A stretch of DNA of 64,000 nt from Schmidtea polychroa. Its lineage: Eukaryota. Positions 28,406 through 43,186 of this stretch are shown one piece after another. The notes under the pieces are model-generated. The model was given only the letters and a program-made list of their open reading frames with translations, did not search any database and was not told the origin of the DNA. How positions within the stretch are numbered: the stretch's first letter is position 1; each line of letters begins with the position of its first letter. The DNA is taken from the NCBI GenBank assembly GCA_044892525.1, contig CM097885.1, positions 38,504,001-38,568,000 on the forward strand. Reading direction: 5' to 3'. A program made the translations under genes and the position numbers.

Positions 28406-28753
28406 CAGGGGTCTCAAACACGCGGCCCGCAACGAAAAAACATAGATTTGTAATTTAACCAAACTTATTTAACAATTAAAAACATAATTGGCTGTATAAA
28501 TTAAAACTTATCTTTTTAATTATTTTTATTTATACATATGACGTTATACATATTATTATTATTATTATAATTATTATTATTCTTAATAATAAAAAAATGT
28601 TTTTTAGTTTTATTGAGCTTTTAATTAAATAAATATTAACGTCGGAGTTTCAGACTCCACGTGTTCTGAAAAACAATTATTTATGTTGCGGCCCGCCGGC
28701 TCATAATACTAGTCTAATGCGGCCCGCAGGCCAGTTTGAGTTTGAAACCCCTG
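28406..28753. mobile_element. hAT (Charlie-like) MITE
   Basis: TIR CAGGGGTCTCAAAC / GTTTGAAACCCCTG; 8-bp TSD ATATAGAT; GCGGCCCGC subterminal motifs. Confidence 0.9.
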
Positions 28754-29561
28754 ATATAGATGAACTTTTGTTGATGGTGAATTAATATTTTCCTTTACGA
28801 ATCCCATCGAATTGTTTGTCATTATATATTTGTTTCTGTAATCTAAATGTGTTGACCAAGATTTTATCGAATATAACTTATTTTAAGTTTCCAGCAAGAT
28901 TGAATTTAAAGACATTTTCCTTTAGTTGAACAGGTTGAAAAATATGGTTGCAATTAATCGTTAAATAGTTGATTAAATCTTCAAGATTCTCTATGTATAA
29001 ATCATCAGTAAATGTAAAAGCTGAATCTGTTAAAAATTTGTATGTCGATGGTGTAGCTATTATGATGTTACAACAAAAACTACGATTAAACCAGACACTT
29101 TAACTAAACTTTAGAGGTGGCACAGTCGTTATATCTAACAAATAAATGCAAGATCTACTCACCGCTAAAGTATTTGGTTACAAGTAAATCCATTTTTAGT
29201 CTTGTCTCATCTTGTCTTCATAAGGTTTTGTAAAACAATAATAATAAAATTGATAGTAAAAATAATAATAATAATATTAATAATAAAATACTTATGGAAA
29301 TAAATCGCCAACTATACAACTCTTGTTTGACAAGCTCTTCCTGAGTTACCTAAATTCATTCGATCACTCACATTCGATCATCACAACTATAACTAACTTG
29401 AAACTTGTATTCCTTAACTCTCACAGCACTCATCGACTCTCAATCGACCGCTGATATTTCCAGTCTCTCACAACAGTTTAAGGCAACCCTTGTTACGTCA
29501 ACTGGTTTGGATAATCGCCAACAATTATAATTAATTCAAAATAATAATAATAATATTAGTC

Positions 29562-29608
<47 letters not shown>

Positions 29609-29805
29609 CTCTCTATATATAAAAAAGCTAAGGGTCCCCTCCATCCGAATTTTACTTTAATAGGGAGATGTTTGTATGAGGAAACTTGTGTTGTAGATAT
29701 TAATTTTTGTTATATATATCTATAGTTTTTTTTTATTTATTTATATATTTATTTTTTTATTTTTTTTTTCAGTTGACTTTTTTATTTTTTTTATGATGTA
29801 TTTAT

Positions 29806-32160
29806 TAGGGCTTGCAAATTTACCGACTTTTTCAATTACCGGTAATTCGGTAATTTATGTGGAAAAACCGGTAAACCGGTAATTTACCGGTAATTTTGAG
29901 AGTATTTCAGTTAGTTGATATTTTATTCAAACTAATTACTTATAATATGTTTTATAAAATTCAAGTCAGTTATTTTATTAATTCATAATCATAACATTAT
30001 AATATATAAAAAAAAGTATAAACGCAAATTAGAAAAAAATTAAAACTTCATTTCAACTCTTGTTTTTGATTAAAATACTGCCTTAAAAAACACATTGTGC
30101 TTATTTCATTCAAATATTCACACAAATACTGCAATTAAGGTCACACATAGTACATCCATATATGTATGTATATATATATATTCTTTATTCTCTATTCTCT
30201 ATTCAATTAAGAATTTCCCAAGCAGCAGTAATGGATAGGTAGGTATATTCTCTTATTTATTTTAGTTAAACCAGCAACTTATGATTAAATGGGTGGACAC
30301 CCCCCCCAAAAAAAAATTTGTTGGACACCCCCCAAAGTTTTGCAACACCCCCAACTGAAAATTTCTGCATAAAAGCCTGGAATCCCGGGTGCCACAGCAT
30401 GCCTATCCCGGCACATATTTTGTTCCACTTCGAGCACTGCCTTTAGGTGATTTTGGGCGAGTACTTTCCAAATTCGATTTATTCATCTTCTGCTGAATTG
30501 TAAGTTGCAGCTTTTCTTTCATTGTTAACGCTGGCGATGCTGATATTGACGGATTTGCACGCTCATCTGAAGTACATGTTTCTGAATCTGAAATTTCAGT
30601 TTCAGACTCTTCATTTAACGTAAACCGTTCAATTAATTCAACGATTTTTTTAATATCAATGATTTTGTTGTTTTATAGAATATTTCATAATTATCATCGT
30701 CATTTCTTATTCTTACATTAATTACATTTGGATCATGGAGATAGTGCAAAATATCTGCACAAATGTTTCTCCTTTCTTTAATACGTATAATTAGAGATTC
30801 TTTAAGTTCTTTACTTAGAAGTGTGTTTTGCACACTAAGCTCATCTAACATAAATTTCATTGTTATATCTGAAACATATAAATTAACGTCTTCTCGACAT
30901 AGTGCTTCCACAGCAAGTTTTACTGGTTGCAATGATGCAATTATATTTTTAAGTAAAACAACTTCATTTTCGCTGAAACTTAACTCGGATTTAATGTCGA
31001 TTAAACTTTTTCTTATTGCACTTTCAACTTCGCAGAATCTCTCTAGCATTGCACAAAGACTATTCCATCTGGTTTTTGAGTCTATGATCAAGGATAGCTC
31101 TTTGTTAAATTCTTCCTTAATATGCTTCTGTAAATTGTCGTTCTTTGTAGGGGATCTGCGAAACAATACAACAACTTTTCTAATTTTTGTTATTAGAGGA
31201 CTTATTTCTTCATGTTGAACATCAATACAAGTGGGTACCGTATTAATTACTTCAAAGCCCACTTCATCTTCTTCGGAAATGCCTTCTTCACTTTCTAAAT
31301 CGGTTTCTGTTTCATCCACAATACTTACTTCCTCTATATGAATATCGCTCATGTCTTTTTTACGATATAAAACATTAATGACGGCTAGCTGAATGCCGTG
31401 TGCTAAGCACAATTGATGATTAGCATTAATCAACGAACCTACTTTCTTCATCACCGAAGCACCATCATTTGTTATTGAAAAAATGTTGTCTAAAGTTAGT
31501 TTGAGCTCATTTAACTTATTTTGCAACAGCGTTATACATTTATCAGCTGGCATCGAACCATGTACTCTCACAAGACCCAAGTTCCAAAAGCGGTCATTTC
31601 CATGAACGTTTATGTTCATATATCGTCGATTCTTAACAGACGTCCACTCGTCAAACGTCAAACTGAATACACTATTATTAGCTTTTCGGTTGGATAAATC
31701 TTCAACCACTTGTTTGCGAATTTTATCCCCATAGTCCATTACAATTTTTTTGTTCGTATGGGAAGATCTTGGTACTTCTTTATTATATTTAGCTTTAATT
31801 AGTACTCGGATATCGTAGGATGTGGCAACTCTATAAAACGGTATATTATCTTTTGCTGTCAAACGCGCGAGAACAGCTGGAAGTGAATCATCAACCTTTT
31901 TTATAAAGAAATTTGATATATTATTGTTTGTAGTGCTAGCGATGACTTTGTTTGTAATTTGACTAGATGATGCCATATCACTCTCGTCATCTTTTCTCTT
32001 CAATAGATTAATAAATATTGTAAATATTGTATAATATAAAGTTTAAATTTTTACCGAAAAAACCGGTAAAAAATAATGAATTTACCGGTTTTTCGGTAAT
32101 GAATTCTTTAGCAATTTACCGGTTAACCGGTAAATCGGTTAATCGGTATTGCAAGCCTTA
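29806..32160 (-). mobile_element. hAT DNA transposon, internally deleted
   Basis: TIR TAGGGCTTGCAA / TTGCAAGCCTTA; 8-bp TSD GTATTTAT; ACCGGTAA subterminal repeats. Confidence 0.9.
30633..32003 (-). pseudogene. Truncated hAT transposase
   Basis: SLTFDEWTS, ITNDGASVM, CLAHGIQL, DSKTRWNS; BED finger and C-terminal dimerization domain are missing. Confidence 0.9.
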
Positions 32161-33300
32161 GTATTTATTCTTTTGTACTTATCGTTCTATATTACTATGA
32201 AATGGTTTATGCTATTATCTTTTATCATAGTTACTCCTGAATCTTACTCCTGTCCAAGAATACACTGGATAATAACTTAAACATTAACCCCACGTTCGAA
32301 CGGGATTGGTGAAGCGAAGCGAATGTCTGACTCCTTGATGTCCTTTTATTAAGCAAATCGAACAACTTAAAACAATAATATTTATTCGAAATTGCCACAA
32401 TTACAATTACTATCCACAACAATTTCACTTTGCACCACAGTAGATAGATGTGTGCACTCCTGATACTATAGGAATCCTCGACTCTCACATATTTTTGGGC
32501 GAATAGGTGGGTACCTAAATTTTTGGACAGCCCGCCATATATATTTTTGTTTTAATTATCGATTAAATAATAATTAAAATTTTGTTTAAAGCGTCGATTA
32601 TGTTAATTAATTATCATTTTTATAAGAACTTTTTATTTCAATATACTTGAAATTAAATTCTATATTAAATGAGACGATAGAGTAATCGTAATTCTGAAAC
32701 ATTTATTAAAATCCCAAGTACTATCTACTCTTCATCTTTCTCATCTATTTTATATCCCTGTATTGAAATATTTACATACCAGCTTTCCACATATTCTTCA
32801 AAGGCATCATGAAAACAAGAATTTCGATTGTTGATGAATATATTTCCATTGCAACTTAGATTGATTTTTCCCAACACTTTATTTACTGCAAACAAAATCT
32901 TCATTTGTTATATGAGCAATGAAACTTGAATATTGCGACTTGATCAATTTGACTGCATTTTGAGAATTTAAATAGAATTTCATCTACCAATAAATATATC
33001 TTATGGGTATGATACATTTGTACTGGTTTCATATCTTTCTTGACAGGCTTCGTCTCAGCTATTTTCTTAATTGGGCTTGTTTCTTTCAATAAATTAGAAA
33101 ATTTTTTCTCACCAAAAACGTTCTTCTTGGGTTGCATTTAAAAAAATAATGACTATCATGTCATTTCATCTCTCTTTTATACTTGTGTATAACCAATCAA
33201 ATTAATGCATTTATATTGCAAACCACATGTGTGTAAATCACTGACCTTTGTATGACCTTTGTATGTGAGTCATGCATGGTTTGCAGATGTATAGCAGATG

Positions 33301-35936
33301 AGTAGTATGATGTGGGCCATCCAGACCATGGGCCCTCCAGACCACATATACCCCCTCCCCCTCCGGGAAAATTTTTTTTTAAATAAAAGGTCAAGGTCAA
33401 GGTCATTTATTTTTTTTTTAATTTAATTTTTTGTTTTAATTAAGTGGTCTGGCGGGCTCCTACTTTTTTTCATCCCAAAAATTAATGTTCCCGCCAACGG
33501 ATTTTATTGGACAATACCTCATCTTAAAGCTCAGTCCAAGACCTTTCGAATGAGCTATAGGTATCTTATATACCTTTAATAGTTTTAATGTTATTAACAT
33601 TTGATGACCACCATCTTTTCAAAGTTAAATTATTATTATTTTCCAAAATATTATTATGTGGCCTGGCGGGCTCCTACTTTTTTCCATCCCAAAAATTAAT
33701 GTTTCCGCCAACAGATTTTATTGGACGATAGCTCATCTTAAAGCCCAATGCAAGACATGTCGCAATATTAATCATTTAGAAATTCTTAGGTAAGATAATC
33801 AGAAATTTGTGAATATTTTAAATGTAACTTTACACTTATGTCGAGCGACTAATTTATTGGTTAACTTTTTAGACATGTTGAGTGTGACCAGTACCCTTGC
33901 TAGCAATACCTATAGGGGGACAGAATATCTTGCCGGTTAAACTCGAAGTATATGGTCTTTATTGATATATCAAAATACTGTTATTTATAAATTAATTAAA
34001 ACATACTATATTATTTTACTCAATGATACCGTAAATGTTTTTACTATACCTATTTCTAAATAAATCGACCGCTCAGACCACCAACATGTATGGATGACCA
34101 CCCATTGTTAATTTATTTCCAGTGTCACATCTTTCAAGAATACCGTGAGTGTTTTAACAAAGCTGAGCTAAAAGAAACTTTCCAGATAACAACTCACCTG
34201 AATGTTTTGAACAAAAATGAGCGAAATTGAGAACAAACGAATAGATGGCGATTAACTTCTGACCACAACCCTAACAACATGAAAATTAAGATTTTAATTA
34301 TTGAATTCGTTGTTTTCTGCCTGGAAATACTAACAGAATATTTTTTAATTCAAAGAATCTTCAATATAAATTTTTGAATTTAAAAAATTAAATGAAGGAT
34401 ATATAAGTGTACATAAAATTATAATATTATATAAAATTATACTATATAATAATGTTAATGTTTAAATATGCTTAAATAACTAAATTGTTTAAATATTTTT
34501 AAATAACTAAATTTAAATTATTTAAATTTAATTTATTTAAATATACTTTTCAAATAACTTTATTTCTTTCGTTTTAGTATCCATAAAGTAAATAAATAAA
34601 GAATTTACTACAATATTTTAATTATTTTACTTAGTAATGAAGAAAATGAATTATATGATTATGGAGAAGATGAACAAAATGGTGAAACACTAAATGACTT
34701 ATGTTCTGGATTTAGAAATTTCTTATTAAAACATGAATTATAGAAGAAAATGAACCAGACAAAATGGTGAAACATTGTTATGTTCTGGATTTTTTAAATG
34801 AATTAGCTGATTGTGGGTGTCCTTCAACATGAATTATCAGACTTAAATTATGTAAACTTTCAACGAATGTCAAGAAAAATGGGAAAAACCGATGTTTTAT
34901 CAATTAAGTAAAGTACTCGTCATACCTGAAGAATATTATTATTAATGTAAGACATGAATTAATTCTTTAAAATATATATATTATATTTAGGTATCTGTGT
35001 TTTATGGTGGCAAATGACATTGAAAAGTATACCACAAATAACAGTTGCCTAATTTATCAAGCCTGTGATGATAAAATGTTAGATAATGTAAGTTAATTGC
35101 TTTTAAATCAATATAAATTTTAGCAATGATAGTTGACGCCGCATCAGAAACTAAGAAATACATCCAATTTGCAAGATGTATTCCAAATGGCCCGATGGAG
35201 ATGATAATTTTGAGATAGAATACCAGCAGAAGAGCGAGAAAAATTTGTAAATTAAATATAATAGGGTTACAAGCTGATCGTCGTGGTGGGCGGTTGTAAT
35301 CCAACTAGTGGGAGGCCTCTGTAAATATATATTTGTGTTAGTGAAAACATTAATTAATTTGGTTATAGTGCCAATGACGCATGTATTTTGAAATTATACG
35401 TTTCGAATGTGCTGGTAGTTGACTACCCATGCTAGGCGTAATGTTCCGTACGGAAAGCTATAATGCCCAGGTTCTTTTGACCCCACTTGGAAGAGGCACA
35501 GACGACCCTTGTGGACGCGAACAAATATCCACCGTGTCTTTCAGGCACAGATATTTGGTCACTGCTCATTAGGCCTGGCAATAATAAATGCATAAACTTT
35601 GCCTTGTCCTCTCTTGTCTTGATTTTTATCGTTTAAATATTAAAGTATGTGTGATAGGTTTTATTTACTAACCTTAATTAATATACCCTTGCGATATGTT
35701 GAATGTGAGTAGTACCTTTGTGAGCAATACCCATAGGGGGACAGAATATTTTGTCGGATAGACTAGGAGTATATACACCCATGTTAAACAAGGTATGTGT
35801 ATATAGAATGTGTGTGTAAAATTATCGCTCCTTATTGACAACTTCATGTAAAGGCAAACACAGAATATTGCAAACATATAATAATTCTCTACCCCATAAC
35901 TTAGTGTGTAAATATTATTTTAGGTTTTTGACTAAT

Positions 35937-36007
<71 letters not shown>

Positions 36008-36124
36008 AGTTTAATGGGTTGTGTGTGTGTAAAAAATATTTTAGGTTTTTCGCTAATATTGATAATAATAATGGTTAATGAGTTGTGTGTGTGTGTGTAA
36101 AAATATTTTAGGTTTTTAATATTG

Positions 36125-36216
<92 letters not shown>

Positions 36217-36327
36217 GTTTAATGGGTCGTGTAAAAAATAATTTAGGTTTTTCACTAATATTTGCGTTAATAATAATAAAGTTTAATGGGTTGTGTATCT
36301 ATGTGTAAAAAATATTTTAGGTTTTTC

Positions 36328-36388
<61 letters not shown>

Positions 36389-36753
36389 TGAAATTGTATT
36401 TGAAAATAATTTGCGACATGTTGATTGTGAGCAGTACCTTTGTGACCATTACCCTTAGGGGGACAGAATATCTTGTCGGATAGACTAGGAGTATATATAA
36501 TAATAATCATAATAATAATATTAATAATAATAATAATAATGATTAAAACTTTGAAAATAATTCTTTGAAAATAATACTTTGAACAATATTTGATGTAAAA
36601 GTTCCTGAAATAATCATGAAAATGTTGAAAATCGTGAAAATATTGAAAATGTAGAAAATTATGAAAATATTGATAATTATTAAAAAATGCAAATGATGAA
36701 AATGTTGAAAATCATGAAATTGATGTAGAAATTAAGTTTTATGAATAATTGCA

Positions 36754-36822
<69 letters not shown>

Positions 36823-37817
36823 TATAATAATAATAATAAATGACCTTGAAAAAATAATATTTTGAAAAAATAAATGACCTTGAAAAATTTAATGATCACT
36901 TAATTAAAACAAAAAATTAAATTAAAAAATGACCTTGAAAAAAAATGACCTTTATGAGTCACGCGACCTTGAAAAAATAAATGACCTTGAAAAATAAATG
37001 ACCTTGGGAATGACCTTGAAAAAATAAATGACCTTGAAAAAATAAATGACCTTGGAAATAATAATATTTTGAAAAATAAATGACCTTGAAAATGGTTTCG
37101 GGAAAACGTTAATAATTTTGCCAATAATAATTATATTAATAATATTTATATATCAATAGTTAGATCTTGCACTAAGCTTCAAAATAAGCTATCGATTAAT
37201 AAATTCGGATAATGGGAACGATAACTTTTGGGATGGAAAAAAGTAGGGGCCCGCCAGACCACTTAATAATTATATGACCTTGAAAATGATTTTTGGTAAA
37301 ATGTTAATAACTTTGTCAATATTAATGATGATGATAATTTTTATACATCAGTAGATAGATCTTGCACTAAGCTTCAAAATAAGCTATCGTCCAATAAAAT
37401 CTGTTGGCGGAAACATTAATTTTTGGGATGGAAAAAAGTAGGAGCCCGCCAGGCCACATAATAATATTTTGGAAAATAATAATAATTTAACTTTGAAAAG
37501 ATGGTGGTCATCAAATGTTAATAACATTAAAACTATTAAAGATATATAAGATACCTATAGCTCATTCGAAAGGTCTTGGACTGAGCTTTAAGATGAGGTA
37601 TCGTCCAATAAAATCCGTTGGCGGGAACATTAATTTTTGGGATGAAAAAAAGTAGGAGCCCGCCAGACCACTTAATTAAAACAAAAAATTAAATTAAAAA
37701 AAAAATAAATGACCTTGACCTTGACCTTTTATTTAAAAAAAAAAAATTTCCCGGGGGGGGGAGGGGGTATATGTGGTCTGGAGGGCCCATGGTCTGGATG
37801 GCCCACATCATACTACT
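33301..37817. mobile_element. Polinton/Maverick non-autonomous element (inner, nested)
   Basis: AGTAGT / ACTACT termini; 6-bp TSD CAGATG; near-identical ~430-bp TIRs; AAATGACCTTGAAAA tandem repeats at ~36838-37092. Confidence 0.9.
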
Positions 37818-38039
37818 CAGATGTATTGCAAATTAGTTAATTCTTTAATTAAAATAATTAGTGTGATATTAACAATAGTGTATTATTACAAGTAACATAA
37901 AAATATTATAACAAAATAAATATGGTCTACTATTACAAGTAACACTAACCAAAAGTGTACTATTACAAGTGACACTAACAAAATAATTTTTAATGCTTAA
38001 AAATAGAGTAAAAACAAATTTTTTACATCATAAAATTTA

Positions 38040-38700
38040 TTAATTGATAAATATCATCAACATCATTCGGAAAAGGAGGATGATATAACAAATCTTCTTC
38101 TGGATAAACTATGAGCAAGAACATTTCTTCATCAGAATAAAACTATAGCACCCCTTCTATAATGACCATACATATAACTTTTATTTTTAAGTACCCAATT
38201 GCGCTTATTGTCAGTATTAGTTAGAACCCTCTTATTATTTTTAATACTAAAAAGTTGATAGTTTTTACTATCTTTTATTTTTAGTTATTCTAAATTGTGG
38301 TAGCGTATAAATCTCATTATTATTGAATTTATTAAAAAGAGAGTTTGAAGAAAAAGGCAGTGCCGAAAATTCGTGAGTATCAACAAACATCGATATAATA
38401 CTGATTTATAGTCTTCAAACTCTCTTTTTAATAAATTCAATGGTAAAAATAATTAGTGGTGAAATTGGAAGAAAATAAGTTCTTATAATACTCATTATTA
38501 TTATAACAATTCAGATACGAATGATGAATTAGTCCAGTATCTTACATTGTGACACTCTTCGCTTTCATAAACCTCTTACTACCCTTCATGCTTTAACATT
38601 GAGGTCTTAAAAATATCCATTCGTCATATCCAAGTCCATTGCTCTCATCTTTAAATTTCTCTATTACAGAGTCAAGATTTTTTGAATATAACGAAATACT
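38040..38700 (-). pseudogene. Protein-primed DNA polymerase B, C-terminal remnant
   Basis: Minus-strand VIEKFKDESNG..EWIFLRPQC*S...KAKSV and KRVLTNTDNKR...YMYGHY match Polinton pPolB C-terminal motifs. Confidence 0.75.
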
Positions 38701-39770
38701 GAATATAACTGACGGTCCACGGCCCGTATGCAACCCGATTACGATTTTTGTGCGGACCGATAAGAAAAAAAAGGAATTCTTACAAATTAATATTTAAATT
38801 ATAATTGTTTTTGTCTAAAACAAATCAAAAGAATTTTTCTGTAATTGATCGTATCACACGCTCTATTTTTACACAACCATTGTTTATCAAACCATTTAAC
38901 GTGTCCAATAACTTGAGATTGAGCCATGATTGAATTGGAAACATTGAATAATTGTTCAACACTTTGGCTAATAAACATTTGAGAAATTGAATTAATGTCC
39001 ATTAGAAATTTTCCATTAATAAATTGCAACGATCTTGTTGAGCCACGATCACATGGACAAGTTTCACTGCTTGCCTATAACTTTCAAATATTACCTTCGC
39101 TATATTGCTCATTGAAATACGACATTTCAAACATTGGTTATCTGCCATATTTCAAATTTCAGAATACAAATCAAAGTTATAAATCAATTCTAAATCCAAA
39201 TCTGCAATTCGTTTAAAACAATTTCTCTTTCAGCAGAGAACAAATCAATTACATTTTTCAAAACCGAATTACCAACTTATATCCATTCAAAAATCTACAA
39301 TTCCAGAAAACATAAATCGATTGATTCAGCCAAACAATTATTATTCTACAAATTAATATATAAAAATCACAACATGAAAATAAACCTACTTCTCGCGTCT
39401 GTGTGCGCACACCAACAAAATTCGGTCTAATCATACCGCGCACACAGACGCGATACAAAAAACGCCAAACAAACTGCCAGTCAGAGGTAAAAACCAATCC
39501 CCCTCTGACTGGTCGAAACAATAATAGTCGATAAAACAAATAATTTTTATTATGTGGTCGAATGACTTTTCATAAAACTCCTATATTCTACATAATTGAA
39601 ATCTAATTTGACCACTATCAACAATTTTTGTATATCATATATTAATTTAATATTTTATTGCTTTTTATTGAATTTAAAATGTTTTAAGTAAATTTAAGTA
39701 AAATATAAATGTTTATAATAATTTATTTAAAGTTTAATTTTTCCAGAATAAATAAAATTGTCCATAATAT

Positions 39771-41258
39771 CAGTGGCGGATTTAGATTTTGGTGAGTGGG
39801 GGGCGAGGAAAATTTTCAGGGGGTACCACAAATTATGAAGATGGTACTACTTATTTTCGCGAGTATTGAGTGAATACTAATATTATTAAAAAGCATTATA
39901 TTCAGTAAATTTATTTTAGTAAATTTATTGATGTAACAAACATACAAGTCGTTTTAGAGTATCTACTGTCGATTCATATCGAGACTTCTGATGTTCTTCG
40001 AGAATATGTAGTCGTGGTAGACTTGATGTAAAGAAAGTATACAACTTTTCTGTTGTACCAAAAAACAACTGAACATCACTGTTAAGAGACATTGCTTCAA
40101 TAGTCACCAAATTCAATGCATGAGAACAACAGTGAACAAAGATGGCATTTGGTGAAAGTGTCTTTATCTTAGTTTGAAGACCATTTTTAATCCCAGACAT
40201 CACAGAGGCACCATCATATGCCTGTCCTCTACAAAGAGTAATGTCAATGTTTCGCTTTTGTAACTCCGTTAATAATATATCAGAAAATGCTGCAGCATTA
40301 CTGTTTTCCAACGTGTAGAAGCCTATAAATCGTTCAACAACTTGTCCTGATTTTAACACTAATCTTAAAGAAACTGACATCTGATCAACTCTGGATATAT
40401 CAATTGTTGAATCAACAATTAGAGAAAAGAATTGTGCAGACCTAAATTCATTATCAATATTTGCGGATAATTCTGAGTCAAGTGATTGAATTAGGTCATT
40501 TTGTACATCATGACATAAATAAAGTTCATTTTTCTTTTCAAACTTTAGATGATTCTCTGCACATGAATGTATAGATGGGTGTTGTTCATCAACTACTTGC
40601 TCATCTTCAACAAGAACTTCAGATGATGTTTCTGTCTCAGCAGGCTCAGCACAGGAACTCGAATGCGTAGATGGGTGTTGATCATCAAATACATGCTCAT
40701 TTTTAGCAGAAACTTTAGTTGATTGAACTACTGGCAGTTTAGACTGTTTAGTTATAAATGATGTTAACTTAATATATTTGCTAGCATCTGCCTTGAGACT
40801 GACTTCCTTTGCCAATTTACGCCTAGATGATCCACTTAATTTGGTAATTGCTTTGCTTTTATTAGTATCACCAGCTGACTCAGCCATGGCTATAATTTAA
40901 ATTTTAATTTTAATTCAATATTGAATATTATTTTAATATTTCAATAGTAACGCAATAATTTGTTTGTCAAAAAAGTCCAAATTGACAATATTTATTATGG
41001 TTAGATTTATGTACAAACACTATACAAGCTTAAAAACTTCAAACAGTCGCTCTTCACTGGAGCTATGTAATATTATTAATATGATGCAGCATAACAGCTG
41101 GAGTTGCTTAAATCCAGTTGAACTTTGTACAGACAAAACTGTAATAAGAGAAAAAATTCATAAAATTATCTTTGTTGGGGGGGGGGCGCCAATTAGGATC
41201 CAACAGGGCGTGGAGGGGCGACTAGCCCCCCCCACGCCTATAGCTAAATCCGCTACTG
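39771..41258 (-). mobile_element. hAT (Tip100/ZMYM1-like) element with truncated transposase ORF 39925-40887
   Basis: TIR CAGTGGCGGATTTAG / CTAAATCCGCTACTG; TSD CATAATAT; FFSLIVDSTIDIS..DQMS, RGQAYDGASVMSG, HCCSHALNL. Confidence 0.92.
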
Positions 41259-41276
41259 CATAATATTCTTATTGCA

Positions 41277-41630
41277 ATGTCGGGAAGGAAGAAAAGAAAA
41301 CTAGAAAATGAAAAAAGACAATTTCAAAATAATTGGGAAGATTCTTACTTTTTCTTACAAGTAAAAAATACTGCTGTATGCTTAGTTTGTCGTTAAAACT
41401 TATAACATATGAAGATATTATGAAAACATACGGAACTTTCTGTGCTTTCTGGTGGTGAATGCAAGGCCAAATTAGACTTACTGAAAGCTAATTTGAAGTC
41501 TCAGCATTCAAAAACAAAATTAACAATCAAATGACATTGTCAGCACAAGTTAAAATATTTCTATAATTATTGCTAAAAAATGAAACCTTTCTCGGATGGA
41601 GAATACATCAAAGAATGTTTAATTCAGCCA
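41277..41630 (+). pseudogene. SPIN/GTF2IRD2-type hAT transposase N-terminal remnant
   Basis: MSGRKKRKLENEKRQFQNNWEDSYFF...AVCLVC, later IAKKMKPFSDGEYIKEC, with stops and frameshifts. Confidence 0.75.
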
Positions 41631-43186
41631 TATCCAACTCAAATTAAATGGTGAACTAAAAATGAAATTTCACAATATCAATTACGTCAGAGTATCATTT
41701 AATATAGAATTTAATTACATGTATATTAATATAAAAAGTTCTTATTAAAATTGATAATTGACGACATAATCGACGATTTAAACAAAATTTTAATTATTAT
41801 GTAATCGATAATTAAAACAATAAAATATGAGGGGGCTGTGAAAAAAAATTTTAAAAAATTATATGGGGGATCTACCGAAAAAAATTAGGTATCCCCCCTA
41901 TTCGACTAAAAAATATGTGAGAGTCGAGGATTCTTATAGAATTTGGAATGCACCCATCTATCTACTCACCACTTTTAAATTAGATGTCTTATTTATGTCT
42001 TGGTCAGTTGTATTGGTTATGAAATATATTCCCACGTGTAAATTATTCCTTAAACTTTGTACAGCACACCCTCATTATATTAGGACAACATTTATTGTCA
42101 ATAATATTCATTTTATTCCAATTTAATTCATTTTAATTAAAACAAAGTTAAATATTTTCAGTTTCAGAATTTTCCTATAATTAGCTTCACTTCTAGTAAA
42201 ACAAATTCTATTATTATTTTGTGCATCGAATTAATCCTACTCGCATAGTCTTTATCAAGTTATATAATAATAATATTTTATAATATTTTCTTAGAGAAGT
42301 CTTTCTTTTATTAAATCCGAGAAAGCCATGGAGTCGTCTCTTGTTCTGGTAATAGGTTAAAAGATTAAAAAGCATCACGTAATGAATGTATTAAAATTAA
42401 AATATAAGATATTTACTCTAGCTTTATAAGACAGGAATATATGACAGCTTATTTTAGAGAAAATTTAATTTTAAATTTTAAATAATTTTTTATATATTTC
42501 GCGTATTTTTATTCAGTTATTCAAATATATTTCTAATAACTGTAGAAGGAAATAAATTGTTTAATTTTGTGTTTGACGATATTTCTTACTTTCAGTGTTG
42601 CCATAGTGACAGTATATAATTGTTTCCTATAAAGCAATCTTCACATTGCCGCGTCGTACATATGTGCGAGGTTTGTGCGGTGCACTAGGATGCCGAAGTT
42701 TCGAGGGCGCAAAGGTGCCGTTGAGATATCAAGAGTATTAAAATTCTGAAAAAAATATTTCTCTCTCCTCAAAGAAAATCTAAAAATTATATAATTTAAT
42801 AGAAGTCCCATTATAATGTTCAACGTTATCTGTTTGATCTCCATCCATCATTTGTTATTTTGATTATACATGAACTTAGTGACTGTTAGTGATGAAATTG
42901 TTATATGATGAACTGACATATGATGAAATGGTGATGTAGTGAATTGGTACGTGGTTAACAGTCCGGACACGGTTATCTAATTATATCTACTTTTCAAATG
43001 TTCAAAAAAGTTTTTACCTGCAGCACGAAGGTTCTTCAAGCTAGGGGCGCTTGATTTAGACTTACACGAGAGCGCCATAAAAACTAGACGCGGACCTGAA
43101 TTTTAATTTCTGCAATATCCATTTTAGAGAACAAACGTTGAGGTCTCGTTATTCGAAGATCCCAACTTTACTAATTCATATATTTA

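Larger units (their letters stand above)
32439..41966. mobile_element. Polinton/Maverick deletion derivative (outer)
   Basis: Termini AGTAGATAGATG / CATCTATCTACT; 6-bp TSD CACCAC; ~200-bp diverged TIRs; internal DNA polymerase B remnant. Confidence 0.8.

Noticed and set aside
36838..37092. Repeated AAATGACCTTGAAAA units as a possible CRISPR array
   Set aside because: Short tandem units without unique fixed-length spacers or cas genes; they are Polinton subterminal repeats in eukaryotic DNA.
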